Shown here piece after piece: positions 14,050 through 26,849 of a stretch of DNA of 64,000 nucleotides. The translations under genes were made by a program, and so were the position numbers. The notes under the pieces are model-generated. The model did no database searches. It saw nothing but the letters and a program-made list of their open reading frames with translations, and had not been told where the DNA came from. Each line of letters opens with the position of its first letter. Positions within the stretch are counted from its first letter, which is position 1. Origin of the DNA: Raillietiella orientalis (taxonomy: Eukaryota); assembly GCA_036172245.1 (NCBI GenBank), contig JAYWIR010000038.1, positions 1,798,001-1,862,000 of the forward strand, written 5' to 3'.

Positions 14050-15480
14050 TCTGAAGATGAGATGGTCGTGAGGGAAGCTTCGGATGCTGCATTTCTCCCT
14101 CCAGGAGCGCTACGAACCGCCCTCTGGCGAGAAAGAAGGTCGATCCCGCGGTCGACCTCCGTTCACTAGTTCGGAAGCGCGCGGCAGGCATCCTCAAGGG
14201 TGTTCAGGACGGTTCCGGAAGCCGCGAGGGACCCTTGTTGCCCACGAAGGTTCTCGAGGGTTTGCCCACGGAGACCTCGAGTCCGTCTTGCGGACTTGTG
14301 TGTTCCGCGTCGGGACGGCGGCCTCGACTTCCTGATGCTGGAGCGGCTGGAGCGTCAGCTCCAGTTCCGGATAGTTGCCTTCGTGGCGAGGAATCGGAGC
14401 ACCACCTGGTGCGGCCCTGCACGCCTCCTTGTCGAGCAGGCCACCGGTAACGCATCTTACGTTGCACTCCGAAGCCCCATCTGCCACTGCGGACTGCAGC
14501 TTCGGAGGGCGGCCAAACTCGCGAGGACCAACCCGGGATAGATCTCCATCCACCCCGCGAACGGTAGTGCCTGGTTTCAGGGAACCGTTCGCCTGTGAGC
14601 GAGGATCCACAAGCAACGCGCGGAACAAGTGCGAAGATTACTGTTCGTTCGGCATAACAGCCGCACGCTTCGAAAGATCCTGGAGGATCCCGAAAAAGCG
14701 AGTGGGAAGAAAGAACTTCCCTTGCTGCAGCGTTGCCCTCTCTCAGGAAACATCTGGGCAGCGACATTGCGGGAAAATGGGAGGTTTTGGTAGAAGATCT
14801 CCGGGAAGAAGAAGAAGATCAGGGAATGGAAAACGGGTCAGCTGACCAACGCTGCGACCCCGAGTACAACTCCACACGGACTCTTGCGCTGGGACGAGCT
14901 GCTGGATGTTTCAATCGTACACCTGAAGTGGCCCCGGTGCTGATGGACACGCACACCCTCCCCATGAATTGGCAGCAGTCGGCGCTGTTGGTGCTGCATT
15001 GGGGTCTCCCGTGCAATGCCCGCCGTCACCACTGGACGCGGGGGTTGTCGACCCCAATTCCACTAACAGGAGCAGGAATCCCTCCACCACCTGTTAGTAG
15101 ACTGTTGTCCTCCGGTCCCTATGGGAACGGTTTGCTGCGGCCCTGGGAACCCCTGCAGGCAACTCCAGGGACGCAATTGACCCGTTTTTGTTCTCGACGC
15201 CCTTCGGCCAGCGGCCTCTGAGTAGGCTGCGAGACTGCCTTGCAGCCTACTCGGAATAGTCGCTGCATGGAGCAACGCGGCAGGAGGACCCAACGATGGC
15301 GATGCCAGCGAATACGCCGTCCGCTTTTTGAGGATGGTGACGCGATGACCCCACCTGGAAGTCAACATATAGGAAGAGCTTGCCGGCATCCTCCAGAGGA
15401 TGTGACGGATCCTCCCAGCAGACTGTGATCCCTTGCCACGCCCTTCTCAGTTCTTTTATTTATTTTTCATTTTTGTTTTT
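14050..15480 (+). mobile_element. Internally deleted LINE copy (endonuclease remnant joined to C-terminal domain; no RT seen)
   Basis: SLQER (LQET-like) at ~14095, GKWEV linker at ~14770, then LPMNWQQSALLVLHWGLPCNARRHHWT, stop ~15427 and a T-rich 3' UTR. Confidence 0.6.
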
Positions 15481-15749
15481 AGGTGAAAATCGAGGGTTTG
15501 CCTGACGGAAACGGCCTACCTCATCCGCTTCTCGAGCTGTGTCCACCCTCGGCCCATTCCATGGGCAAGTTCACTTCTGGGCTCTCCTAGCGGCGAACCG
15601 AGCAAAACAACGACGGTGTTGCCAAAAACAGCAGCGCTCGGTGAAAGAATGCCGGCAATCCCATGTCCGGCTGTTACAAAGGGCAGGAAACTCCAAAAAG
15701 AAACCTCGGAGGCAGACGCGGTGTAGAACCGCAACAGACGTTGCAGACC

Positions 15750-16010
15750 CGGCACGACCTGCCAGGTCTGCGGCGTTCGAAGTCCTCCAGCGTCCGAAAG
15801 AGATCGCCATCACAGCACTGTTTTCTTGGGAGAAACTTTCTCCGTTTCTGCGGTGACGAGGGGAGAGGTTCGCGAACAGGACGGTCCGTGCGGTTAACCG
15901 GTCCATGAGGGCCATCTCCTCCTCCCTGGTATCCCAGCAAGTTGGCTGCACGAGCGGCGATCCTCGCAGCTGGAAGGTCGGCAGGTGCCTCTTTCCGTTG
16001 TTCCTTCCAA
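15750..16010 (-). mobile_element. Possible BEL/Pao gag (DUF1759-like) remnant, copy 2
   Basis: HLPTFQLRGSPLVQPTCWDTREEEMALMDRLTARTVLFANLSPR, near-identical to the 13140-13430 copy. Confidence 0.45.
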
Positions 16011-17870
16011 TTGGTCTGCACGACGCCTTCGCAGAGCTTCCGTCCAGCGCCTTCACTCCTCTGCCGCTCCCTTCCGAACCCTTCCTCGTCATCCCAAACT
16101 TCACGTTTTCATCAGAGGGGAAAGAAAGGGGAGGTCATTCCTTTGTTCCGCTTGGTGAAGAACTTCGCAAAAACCTCGCTGGTGGCCGTGTGGCTGCGGT
16201 CTCCGCGTGCGGCACCACCAGGAGTCGCCGGTTCGAGCCCCACCCGGGGAAGTGGCGAGGCCGGGAATGGGGCAGCACTGGTGGAAGTTGGAAATCCCTG
16301 AATGTCCCCGTTGACTGACCGGGGATTGGAAGCTGACCCCCCGGGGTTCCTTTGTGAATGGAAGAGCCGGTTCCCTTTGTGGTTCCTTTCTGGTTATGAA
16401 GATAAAGCCGTCCTCCAAAGGTGAGGGGGACCCCCTCCATCTGGTTCAATGGAGCTGGTTGATTTCCTCTCGGGGGTTGTCTCTCCAGACGAGAGTCAAG
16501 AAACGTGCTGCTCCCTTCGGAGAGCGTCCCTCCGGGGTTTTCTCTAGGAAAGGAAAGGAGGAGCGCCCTCCAGATAAGAAATTCCAGGAGCGGATCGCTT
16601 CCGAGTTCCCTCCAGAGAAGAAATCAGTGACGCCCCTCCACATGGGGTCAGTCCGGAGAGAATAAGGAAGGGGTTCCCCACAAAGCGCAAGAGGGACGGA
16701 CTCCTCCCTCTGGAGCCTTCCAGTATTCATAGGGTGGTCCCTCCGGGGTCATCCCCATACTTGAAGAGTGGCACGCGCCCTCGGGTGGCGTGGACGGTGC
16801 TTAAATAGCTTTGTAAGCCCCCCCTTCTTCCCCAAGGAGGTGTACGGTTTTTCAGCACCCTTTGAGAACCAAAAGGAAGAAGAAAAAAGCTCCAGGGTGT
16901 GGCCAGCCCTCTTCAGGAACTCGTAGCGGATGCTGCAAGTCGGGGGCTATGACGTCACCGGAAAAAGCCTAGTCGTTCCGATTTGTCTTTTTCTCGCTGA
17001 GTGAGAGAGTGAGAAAGAAAAAAAAAACGAAGGCAGAGCTAATGGAAAGAAGCAAAACGAGCGAGAGGGACTCCATCACGCGACGGATACCATAGGTGGC
17101 AGCAGTGGCGGCGGCGAGAGTACCACAGTAGTTGGAAACGACCTACATGTAGGAACCAGGCGGCGGCACGAAGTCGCTCCGAAGAGCTGACCACCCGTGC
17201 CGAGTGACACGAACCGCAGAGGCGGAGCAGGAGAAACCGATAAATCTCAGCTGCGAGACCGGGCAGGGCGGGATCTCCTCCCGGCGACCTCGGAAGCAGA
17301 CAGCCACGCGGAGACCTCGAGGCTGCCCCTTTCCGAATTAAAGGACGGAAAGCGGAGGCGTGAAGACCCAGGAGGGGCAGCCCCTCCGCAGCAGCGTCCC
17401 GTTCGCTTTTCCGAAGGAGTGCTCTCACCCGTTGTGGTTGTGGTTGTTTTCCACACTCAGGGAGGTTGAGGAGAAAGCACGACCCCGAGGAGATCTGGTG
17501 CCTTTCTGGCAGCGTTGCCGGAGCATCGCGAGATGCTCACGGCGCTTCTATCCAAACCTCAGGGGAGATCGGAAATCCTTCGACAACCAAAAGAATGCAC
17601 TCAGGTGGGATTCCCTTCCGCTGTTCGTTTTTGCACACCCATTTTCATCGGGCAGCAGGAAACCCCTTGGCGACTGGAGACTGCGTGCCAGCTCGCCGAC
17701 GCGGCAACGCCAACGACCCCTTCAAAAAGGCTCCTCCGTGGGGCCGAGCCCCATCAGTCAATCCGGAGGTGCCCCAGGGACAGATCGCTCTTTCCCCTTA
17801 CGTAGCAGCAGCCTCCGACGCTGCCGATGTCTGCGCTGAGGGCTCCCGTACAACCCGCGCGCCATCACCG

Positions 17871-20480
17871 TCGCCGGGTTGCCCCGGGGCGTTTCTTTTC
17901 CAAATAAAGACAAGCAAGCAGTCCATGTGGATCGGTGAGTCCACGAACCGATGAAATTTCCACGGAGAGGGGAGAGCAAGAAGGAAAGCAGACCACCGAC
18001 TCTCAGGCTGGCCGCTCAGAAAGAAAGGGAGGGCGTAGAAGAGGGAACAGTAGGTGAATAAATGAAGAGGGGAAGGAAGATGGGTCACCGGTCAAACCCA
18101 CTGCGTCTTTTGTAACCTGCGTGAGATGCAGACTCTGGGCATCCTTCAAAGACCACTTTGCCACATTCCCCGCCACTGAGGATTTCAGGCGTGTGTTCCC
18201 CCCTCCCTCGCTGGGGCGCCTCCTGCGTGTTCTGGGACGCCGCGATCCTGCTGACGCAACACACAAGGGGGGATGGGGGCGATTCGGGGAGCGGAGCATC
18301 CCGAGCGAAGCGTGCCACCGGAGTGTCTTCAGGTCTAAGGCAGAGCAGCTGCGAGGTGTTCCCAAAGCTCCCTGCGTCCCAGCAGCAAAGAGGTGCGCAG
18401 GAAGTTTGTCTTTCACCTCAGCTGGTGCGATTGGGAAAGGCTCCATCCCTCGTCCAGCGATGTCTCCGCTGGTTGCTCGGGGCTCCGTGCGCGAGAGACA
18501 AAAAGCCTCCTCGTGTTCCTGCCACCTGAGGGAGGGAATGGGGGGGAAATCACGGGGACATCCGATGGAAGGAAGAGGTCACAATCGCTGACGGCAGAAT
18601 ATCCCGGGATTCCGCTCAGCGTAGCGGTCATTTAGCGCGAACATGGGGTGTCGCCGCGTCAGTCAACCGCCCCGTCTTCCGGTGGTGATTCATCAGCCTC
18701 GTCGCTCCTGCCCCGAGGTCGCTCACCCTGCCGGTTGGCAGCTGCCGTTCCTCCCCTATAGGAAGGGAAGCGCTGCGGCTAGGGAGCTGGCAGTGTCCCT
18801 ATTCTTCCCATCCCTTTCCACTTCCTCCAAGGAGGCAACTCCCTGGTTGTGGATGGAACGCATCACGGTTGAGTCTGTGCTCCTGGTGCGGATCGAGGTG
18901 CATACTGCCTCCAAGAGTTCTGGTCTGCGATTGGCAGGGTATCCACTGGTGTACTTACCAGAGGGCAGGAAAATCCGCCTCAGTGGGCACCCAAGAGCCT
19001 TTCATGCTCTTTTGGCTGTGAGGTAGCAACGACGCCGTTCCCTCGCAACCGACTGCGCATCTCGGGATTTCGCGCGCAAGCAGGCACCCAAGCCGCCGCA
19101 TCCACAGTTCTCGTCCGTCAACCGTTCATGAACTGGAGATGTAGCTATATCTACTGAAGCGTGAAAATGCTGCATCCTTTCTTGGCACAACGAGGTCTTC
19201 GAGGCGAACCTTCGGCCTTGTGTAGGCCCCACAGTGTTTTCCGCAGGAAACCGCTCGTCTTACACCTCATCTTTCATGGAAGGAGCGCAACCAGAAAAAA
19301 AAGGGGAGAAAGGGGGCAGAGAAAGGGGACAACGAGGATGTTCCAAATGGAGGCTTCTTTCTGACAAGCAAAACTCTCCACCTTGGAACGGTGCCAGCTC
19401 CATGTCTGCCTTCTAGAAGCAACCGGACCAAACTTCTGCAGGGAGGAAGTCTCCTAAGGGAGCACCAAGGTATATTTCATGGTACTGCATGAGTTGATTT
19501 CCAAGCGGATCCAGTCCACCTATTTTTCCTGCGCTGCATCCACGGGGACGACCTTCGACTTCATCCTGTCTACTCTCATTCTCTCTACTGGACGAAGAAT
19601 TCCTCGAGAGAAGCGGCCGGGGTTGGCAAGGGAGCAGGAGAAGAAGGTCGTTGGCGTATAAGGACAGCTGGATGGCAGGGTCGCCAGAGTTTCTCCTGTA
19701 TGCCTTCAGCACCATCTCGAAGGAGGCGCTGAACAGCATAGGGCTGAGGCTGTCACCCTCCATACCTGACACCTCTGCACACCAGCACGCCATGCACGTA
19801 TCGACCGATGGAAGTAACATTGGTAATGGCATTGCTCCAAGGTGAGTGCAGGTAAAGGAGTCTGCGTTCCAGGAGCTTCAGAAGGAGTTCCTGGTTTACG
19901 CAGTCGGAAGACTTTTCGACACCGCCTACGATCACCAAGGCCCTGGCGTTTTTCCCTCGCTTTCTGGACTGTTGACAGGACGCTTTCCTGGGCTCTTCTA
20001 GCCATTGCGGCACGCAGTCACAACCCTTTTCTGCAGACGGAGCCAGGTTTCGCTCAAAGAACAGGTTGTTTTCCATACTCCTGCCAGGGATAGCATGGGA
20101 CTGCTTCCGGCTGATGGCGGAGTTCGCAACCTGCCCTAGACTCAAGATCCATAGTTCCGGGATCAGCTTGACCTCTGCGTTCGCCAAGGTGAACAGACGC
20201 CAACTTCTCATGCTGCATATGTCTACTCCTTCCGGGAGGAGGCGGACTCGTGCTGACCGGAAGCAGGCAGGCAGCTTGCCTCTCTGTGGAGTCAGCATCG
20301 CGCCAGGCGGCACAGTCCTGCGGCGGAAACTGGGAAAAATTTCGCTGGCAGCCACCACCACCACCTTCCTCCCTGGAACTTTTTGGGTTTTCCGATGGCG
20401 GCACGCCGGCACCACTGAACAAGCGGGAAGTGTCGCTTGCCGAACTGAGCCAGGTGAGTGGAAGTGGAATCTTTCCCGCA
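17871..20480 (-). mobile_element. Decayed L1/Tx1-like LINE with recognisable reverse transcriptase, C-terminus and 3' end
   Basis: RT motifs in order: SWRLFTLANAEVKL, QSHAIPGRSMENN, VEKSSDCVNQELL, GDSLSPMLF, LSLYANDLLL (YADD changed to YAND), YLGAPL. ORF2 ends ~18085 and the 3' motif is at 17871-17897. Confidence 0.85.
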
Positions 20481-20489
20481 CCTGGCTAG

Positions 20490-21007
20490 TGCCTTGTGCT
20501 GCCTACCAAGCAGACTCTGGGCACGTCCTTCTATGGACCCCTCATCCCGGTGGACAACCCCCCTTTCTTAGGCCCCTCTTTGTCGGATTGCCACTCCTCC
20601 CGCAGCCGCAATTTGCAGCAGCAGAGCTCTGCTGCCTGTACGGTGCCGTCGTGGCAAGGTGCGAGGCCGCAGAGACAGGGGGATTTCTTCGCTACCCGGT
20701 TTCTGGGTCAGGATGGACCTACCTGGGAAACCCTAAGGATGAGCTCGCTCACATCCTGCCTCGAATGCAGAGGACGGGAATGTGATTCCTTCCCTTTCCT
20801 CCCCCTCCTCTGCCTTTTAAACACACAATCTGTTTGGCCTTATTTTGGCTTCTTGTTTTCTTTCTTCGATCCTCTCCGTTCCCGTTATGAGCCTTCGTCA
20901 GCAACCTTCCTTCCCGAGAATGGTTGAACTCAGTGCGACGTTACGTCCCGCCGACTTCTGGCTGTTTATTTTTGATAAATAAACGCTCCAGCGTAACCAG
21001 GAGAGAA
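20490..21007 (+). mobile_element. 5'-truncated LINE 3' end
   Basis: PLFVGLPLLPQ...AAAELCCLYGAV...LAHILPRMQRTGM* (stop at 20785), pyrimidine-rich UTR and family 3' motif at 20978-21007. Confidence 0.7.
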
Positions 21008-22899
21008 TCCACTGGACTTTACGGTCCAGAGAGATGCAGTCGCCAACAGTCGAAAGCAGTTGCTGACGCAGGCGTTCCCCTTACTTCCCACGATTAGAGC
21101 TTTCGTAGATGCCCCCATCCAAGGAACCTTTTAGTAAAACGCGGAACGATTGTGCGCGTTCGAATGGAGACAGGGCGGGAGGATGGCGAAGGCCATCCTC
21201 TTCCTCTTCTGTTGCCTTCGCCATCGTCTGCAGCAACCTCGAGCTGCTGCTCTGAAAGGCACGGACTCCTCCAGAAGGTCTCCTTCTCCTTCTCTTGCCG
21301 ATCTTGGTGATACGTTATGATGACCGGGACACGTGTCAATCGGACACGGTCGGGTCAAAAAACCTACCTTCCCCCCCCCCCCCCCACCAAAATACCAGGA
21401 TCAGCAGCAGAGTTCCCACCCGATGGCGACTGCCCTTGCAGACACGGAAAGTGATCCGGGAGCCTCTCCCAGACTGCCTAGCAGCATCAACAGCCACTCT
21501 CTGCCCACCCAAGCGAGGGAGCTCTGCGTTGGGAGGCAAAAGGAACGGCTCGAGTTGAATGCCGGTCGCTTCCTGTTCCTGCGGAATGGTCTCGTGCTCC
21601 TCTGTGGGTTTCTTTCTTTCTCTCTGTTCTTTTACCTCCTCTCTACGAAAAAGAATTTAGCTAGCAGGGTCCTTCCATAGAAACACATTCATCAAATCCC
21701 CTCTCTTCTACCGTCGCTCAGAGACCTGATTTGCCCTTTGACAAATCAGCTCTATCATTCGTCTCCGCCAGTGAGTGAACTCAGTTACCGTTGTTTTCCG
21801 GGTTTCTCGTTCTGGTAATCCCATCTATTTCCATCATAACAGCAATGACTCCGGGATGAGAGTGTTTCAGGTTCCAGTTCCAGCTACTGCCATTATTTTA
21901 TGTAAATTTATTAATTAAAAATTTTGAAGAGCTCTGTTCTGTGAGACATCTCGAATACGCACTCGGAAAAGAAGAAAAAAGAAGAGGAAAAAAAAAATGA
22001 AATATCTCTTAGATTCTGACAACAGAGACGAATTTATTCGGTGGGTCCTCAAAAGGGGAGTGCAGAATCCGCAAGTGATGGATGATGCAAGCACGAGTTA
22101 CGGGAAACAGGCAGAACCTGGGATTTGAAAAAGATCGCAATGGGAACATTTTCACCGTGCGTTCACAATTAGCAATGCGTTATCTGCTTGCGGCCCAAGA
22201 GCCTCGGATGCGTCAGATCACCTCGGGCACACGTGACCTTGTTAATACCGGGATGCCTCTTCTCTCAAGAAGAGCCATAAATCACGCATCCCACAGCGCG
22301 CATACCGCTGTTAACAAACACCTAGAAATAGCATGCGCCCGCTGCCTATTAATAAGAGGCGGACGCCCGTCACGTGACGTCATTGTTAGCCAATCTGCGC
22401 AAATGGCCCCTTCAGCCCATCGCGCGGGCACGCCACGGCCCTCGCATGGTTGGCCGGCTGTGTGCCAACGGGCCGGAGGTCGCTCAGCGAGCTGCCGGCA
22501 GAAGCCCTTTCTCACGGCAGCGCCTGCCTTCGTGGAGTTGCCAGTTGCCCTGTCCCCCGTACTTCCCGTGCCAGCACGTACCGTACAGCGTACGGACGTC
22601 GGGGAGGATACCGTTCCCTCGCAGGAACGGCGCGAGAGGTTCGACCGCAGCTCCCGGAGGGTCGATTCGCGAGCCTTCGCAGCTGTTACCGCGCTTGGCA
22701 GCCGAGGGCATCCCTCCCGTCAAGAAGATGGCTCCTTCTCCACCTCTCTCCCTGCCTTCAGGTTGGCCGGACGAGCTCACAGGGAGGGAAGGAAGCTTCG
22801 CACGTCTCGGGAAGGGCGAGCGACGTCTCGCACGTTCCGAGCGGCGCGGTTCTCGGCGCAAGACCTTCAGGATTTCCTGGAGGGAGAGTCGATCCCTTC

Positions 22900-23670
22900 T
22901 GGGAGCCGCAGCATGAAGAACGGGCTTTCGCTCGGACAGCAGCTCGCTTCTCGTTCTGGTGGCGTGAGGAAGAGGGAACTCCACCCCTGCTTGGCTGCGG
23001 AGACCACCCGCCGCTCTCCCACGCGGAGGAGAAGGGAAGAGTGAAGTGCGGGCTGCCAAATTGCCTGGCCTGGAAGCCGTCGACGGTGTCAGGAGCCGGG
23101 ACGCCAAGTAGACGCCCAAAGAAAGAGGAACTTCCCTTGAGGGGAGACCCACCGCGACAGGTCCTCAGGCCCGTGGGAGAACGCGCGACAGTCATTTCCC
23201 TAGCTCGCCTCTCGCGCTCCCGCTCGCAGCTTCCCCGCTCCCACGCACCAACCCACACGTCTTTCTAGCGGGAGAAGCCCCCCTTGTCCGTGAAGGTCGG
23301 GATGTGTATACAGAGAGCCGGGAGACGACCTCTGTCGGGTGGCTCAGCCAAGACGGTGCGAGCCGACTCCGCCGAGGGCCACGGTGGACGTCCACGCTCG
23401 CTCGTCGCGAGTCCGGCAAAGAACGGACCGTCTCCAGGGTTTATGTAGACATGACGGGCGCACCTTCCAGCCCATGCTGAAAAGTCCGGAGGGACCGGTC
23501 GCCTTGTCTTATCTCCTGCTGGAAGGGCCCTTTTCTGCCCGGAGCTCCGCTCCACGAATCTGCCCTTCCACGGCGGATGGAAGCTGCCTCGCCTCTCGCA
23601 AACGCGCCCCGGGTCACCTCCCAGCAGTTTCGCCTCTATTCCCGGAGACTTCCCGAAGACCGGGAGCTGT
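22900..23670 (+). mobile_element. Probable decayed LINE ORF1 with degenerate zinc knuckles
   Basis: SYLLLEGPFSARSSAPRICP and CLASRKRAPGHLPAVSP resemble two decayed CX2CX4HX4C knuckles of Tx1-type ORF1. The match is weak. Confidence 0.35.
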
Positions 23671-26410
23671 GGTCACGAAGGCTTCACGCTGACGAGATCA
23701 GATGGCTGGTTCGACCTGCTCGTTAACGGAGGCGGAGTGGTCACCTTGTCCTTCGGCCGAGTGCCGTTCAAAAACCAGCGCCGGGCCGTGTTCGTTCCGT
23801 GGAGCGAGGTGAGGCGGGGCGGAGCGCGCGCGGGAAAGCGGGGTGGAGCGCGCAGGGGAAGGGGAACGCCAACCGAACCTGCAAACCCCGCGGAATTGCA
23901 GGTGGTCGTCATCGATCCCGTCGTCATCGGCATGACCGGGTCGGACGAAGCTCTGGAAGAAGCCGCCGATCACTGTCCGGATCACGATTACGATCTCATG
24001 AAACCCGTCGTCTTGTCGACTCTGAAACACATCTTCCAGAGGGGAGACGCCAGCAAGAGCGGCATCCTCATGGAGTCCCAGGTGGTCCAAGAGAGCTTGG
24101 AGATTCCCGGAACCGAGATACGCATCGTGTACCACAGCTCGAGGGCGGAAGGTTACAAGTCCACGATCCGCCTGCAGCTCACGCCTCCCGCGATCCCGGA
24201 GTCTCTTCGCCAGGTGCACCTGTCCGTCTCCATAGAGGGGGTGCTCTTCGAGAAGATCCTCGAAGCGGACCCCAACCTCAAGTTCACGTACGCCTGGGAC
24301 CGCTACAACGTGTACAGGTCAGGGACGGGGAGGGACGCGAGAAAGAAAGGGTCGGCTGGAATGCCCTCTGCAGCCAGCGCGTGTACGGCGTCACGACGGC
24401 GACCGTGAAGGTGGGCTACCAGTACGACGGGTGCGGCGCCATCATGTGGGACGTGCAGACGACCAAGGTTAGCGCCCAGGACATGAGCATCTCGGAGATC
24501 GGAGGCTGGAACCTGGATATCCACCACCGGTTCAACTTCCACGAAGGTGAGGCGCTCGGGAGAGTGAGGAGGTGTAGGTGGGCGGAAAGGGGCGTCGCGT
24601 GGTCCGTCGTCTTTCCCCACGTCCTTTCCCCCCTCAGGGATCGTGCACAGAGGCGACGGCGGAAACATCTACCTGAAGCAGAAGCCGCGAATCGTGCTGA
24701 CGGCCATGGGCGACGGCCACCAGAGATCTCTGGAGTGCCTGGAGAAGGTGGCGTCCGGCAACCGGTCGTCCGGCCCGTGCGAGGGCGCGTCCGCGGGCCA
24801 GCAGCAGCTGTTGGCGGCGCACGGGGTGGCGGCGGCGCCGGACGGCAGCGTGTACGTGGCCGACTTCAACCTGATCCGGAGGATCCGCGTGGATGGGTCG
24901 GTGAGGACGGTGGTAAAGTTCAGGTGAGTGCAAACGCCATGTGCCCCTTCCCCGTCCCCTGCACTGGCGCGGTGTCCCAGGGACCACAAGACGTCGCACC
25001 ACTACTACGTGGCGGTGAGCCCGATCGACGGGTCGGTGTTCGTGTCGATGCCCGAGGCGCCCGGCATCTTCCGCGTGCGCAACCCCACGGACCCGGCCGA
25101 CGCGGAGGACAACCTGGAGGCGGCGGTGGGCGGCAGCGGGCAGCGGTGCCTGCCCGGGGACGCGGGCGCGTGCGGGGACGGCGGCCCGGCAAGGGATGCC
25201 AAGCTGAGCTACCCGAAGGGGATGGCGGTGTCCTCGTCGAATAGCCTGTACTTCGCGGACGCCACCAACATCCGCGTGGTGGACCGTGACGGGATCGTGG
25301 TGACGGTGGTGGGGAACCACCTACAGCGCGGCCCATGGACGCCGATGCCCTGCGCGACGCTGTTCGACAGCAGCGAGGTGAGTCGTCGGAGGGTGCATCC
25401 GCCGTCCGGGCACCGCCCGCTGTTCCCAGTTCGAGCTGCGGTGGCCCACCGACCTGGCCGTGAACCCCCTGGAAGACGCGCTGTACTTCCTGGACACGGC
25501 GCACGTGTTCAAGCTGGTGGCGGGCCGGAAGAAGGTCAAGCTGGTGGCGGGCCATCCCATCCACTGTCCGCTGTCGCCGTCCGCGGACCCGCAGGTCGCC
25601 ATCCACGCGCCGCTGCTTTCCCCCCAGGCGCTGGCTTTCTCTCCGAGCGGCGACCTGTACGTCGCCGAGAGCGACCGGGAACGGTCGAATCGGGTGCGCG
25701 CCATCGGCAGCGACGGCAAGATCAGGGACTTCGCCGGCGGCGAGAACCGCTGCAACTGCCAGAAGGATCCCGGCTGCGTGTGCTTCCAGGAGAATCACTT
25801 TCGTGCACCGGACGCTCGGTTCAGCGCCATCACGTCGCTGACGGTGACCCCCGACGGCACGCTTTACGTGTGCGACCAGGGCAACAACCGCGTGTTCGCC
25901 GTGGCGTCGGGGCTCTCCCTGCTGCACCTGCCGGCCGAGTACGAGGTCCCCGACCCGACCGCCAAGCAGGTGTACGTATTCAACCGCTTCGGACAGCACG
26001 TGACCACGAGGGACATCACCTCGGGGAAGCCCCTGTACCGCTTCACGTACACCGTGAACACGAGTTCGGGGCAACTGAGTTCGGTGACCGACGCGTCGGG
26101 CAACAAGGTGTCCATCCTTCGGGACTACGCGAACCAGGTGACCTCGATCGAGAACTTCCGCAACCAGAAGCTGCTGGTGGTCATGTCGCGCACCAAGCGG
26201 ATGCTGCAGGAGCTGGTGACCCCGGAGAGGCACCGCGTGCACTTCGACTACTACGGGACCTCGGGACTGCTGGAATCGAGGAAGGACAGCTCGGGGACGG
26301 TGTACAAATATGTGTACGACGGCAACGGACGGCTGACGTCCTTCGTCACGCCCACTGGTCAGTCCATCGCCCTGTCGTGGGACCTCAGCGCCAAGGGGTC
26401 GTACGTGACG
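23671..26410 (+). CDS. Ten-m: Teneurin (Ten-m-like) internal fragment, 6 exons: 23671-23808, 23902-24317, 24374-24546, 24638-24923, 24981-25377, 25430-~26410 (~797 codons; FN-plug, NHL repeats, start of YD shell)
   Basis: EGFTLTRSDGWFDLLVNGGG, CPDHDYDLMKPVV, YHSSRAEGYKSTIRLQLTP, EADPNLKFTYAW, QRVYGVTTA, SEIGGWNLDIHHRFN, LRWPTDLAVNPL, YVFNRFGQHVTT, YTVNTSSGQLSSVTDASGNK. All five introns are GT..CAG with consistent phases and the spliced frame has no stops. No start, TM/EGF exons or C-terminal exons were found in the window. Confidence 0.95.
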
Positions 26411-26849
26411 AGCGGCTCCAGATGGCCGTGCGGTCGGTGCAGATTCTTCCCAATCTCCGGGCCCCGGCGGGGAGGGACGGGAAGAAGGTGCTCGCGACCG
26501 AACCGCTTCCACCTGAACGGGCGTGGACCCGCAGGCCCTCCGGCTCCCGCGGGTACCTCCAACGAGACTCGCGCGGTCGATGCGCTGTCGGGGATGCCAC
26601 CCGTCCCGGATGCAGGGAGTTAACGCGTGCTGTTTCTGGGGCGTCCGGGAAGAGGACTAGGGAGAACACCCCTCTCGAAGCCGTTGTTTCCGCCAGCATC
26701 CGCAAGGGAAGAGGAGAGGGGGAACGCGTGCACTAGAGGGCAAGACCGAGAGGCAAGAAGAGGTCGAGGGCCTTGGGAACGCGAGGGCTCGCAGGGGTGG
26801 CGGCGGGGATTCCTGAGCGGTTCCCTCCCCCTCTCTTCAGAGAGAGGGG

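Noticed and set aside
24920..26512. 530-aa minus-strand ORF and other long overlapping ORFs at the teneurin locus
   Set aside because: Antisense or alternative-frame shadows of GC-rich teneurin exons; no recognisable motifs.
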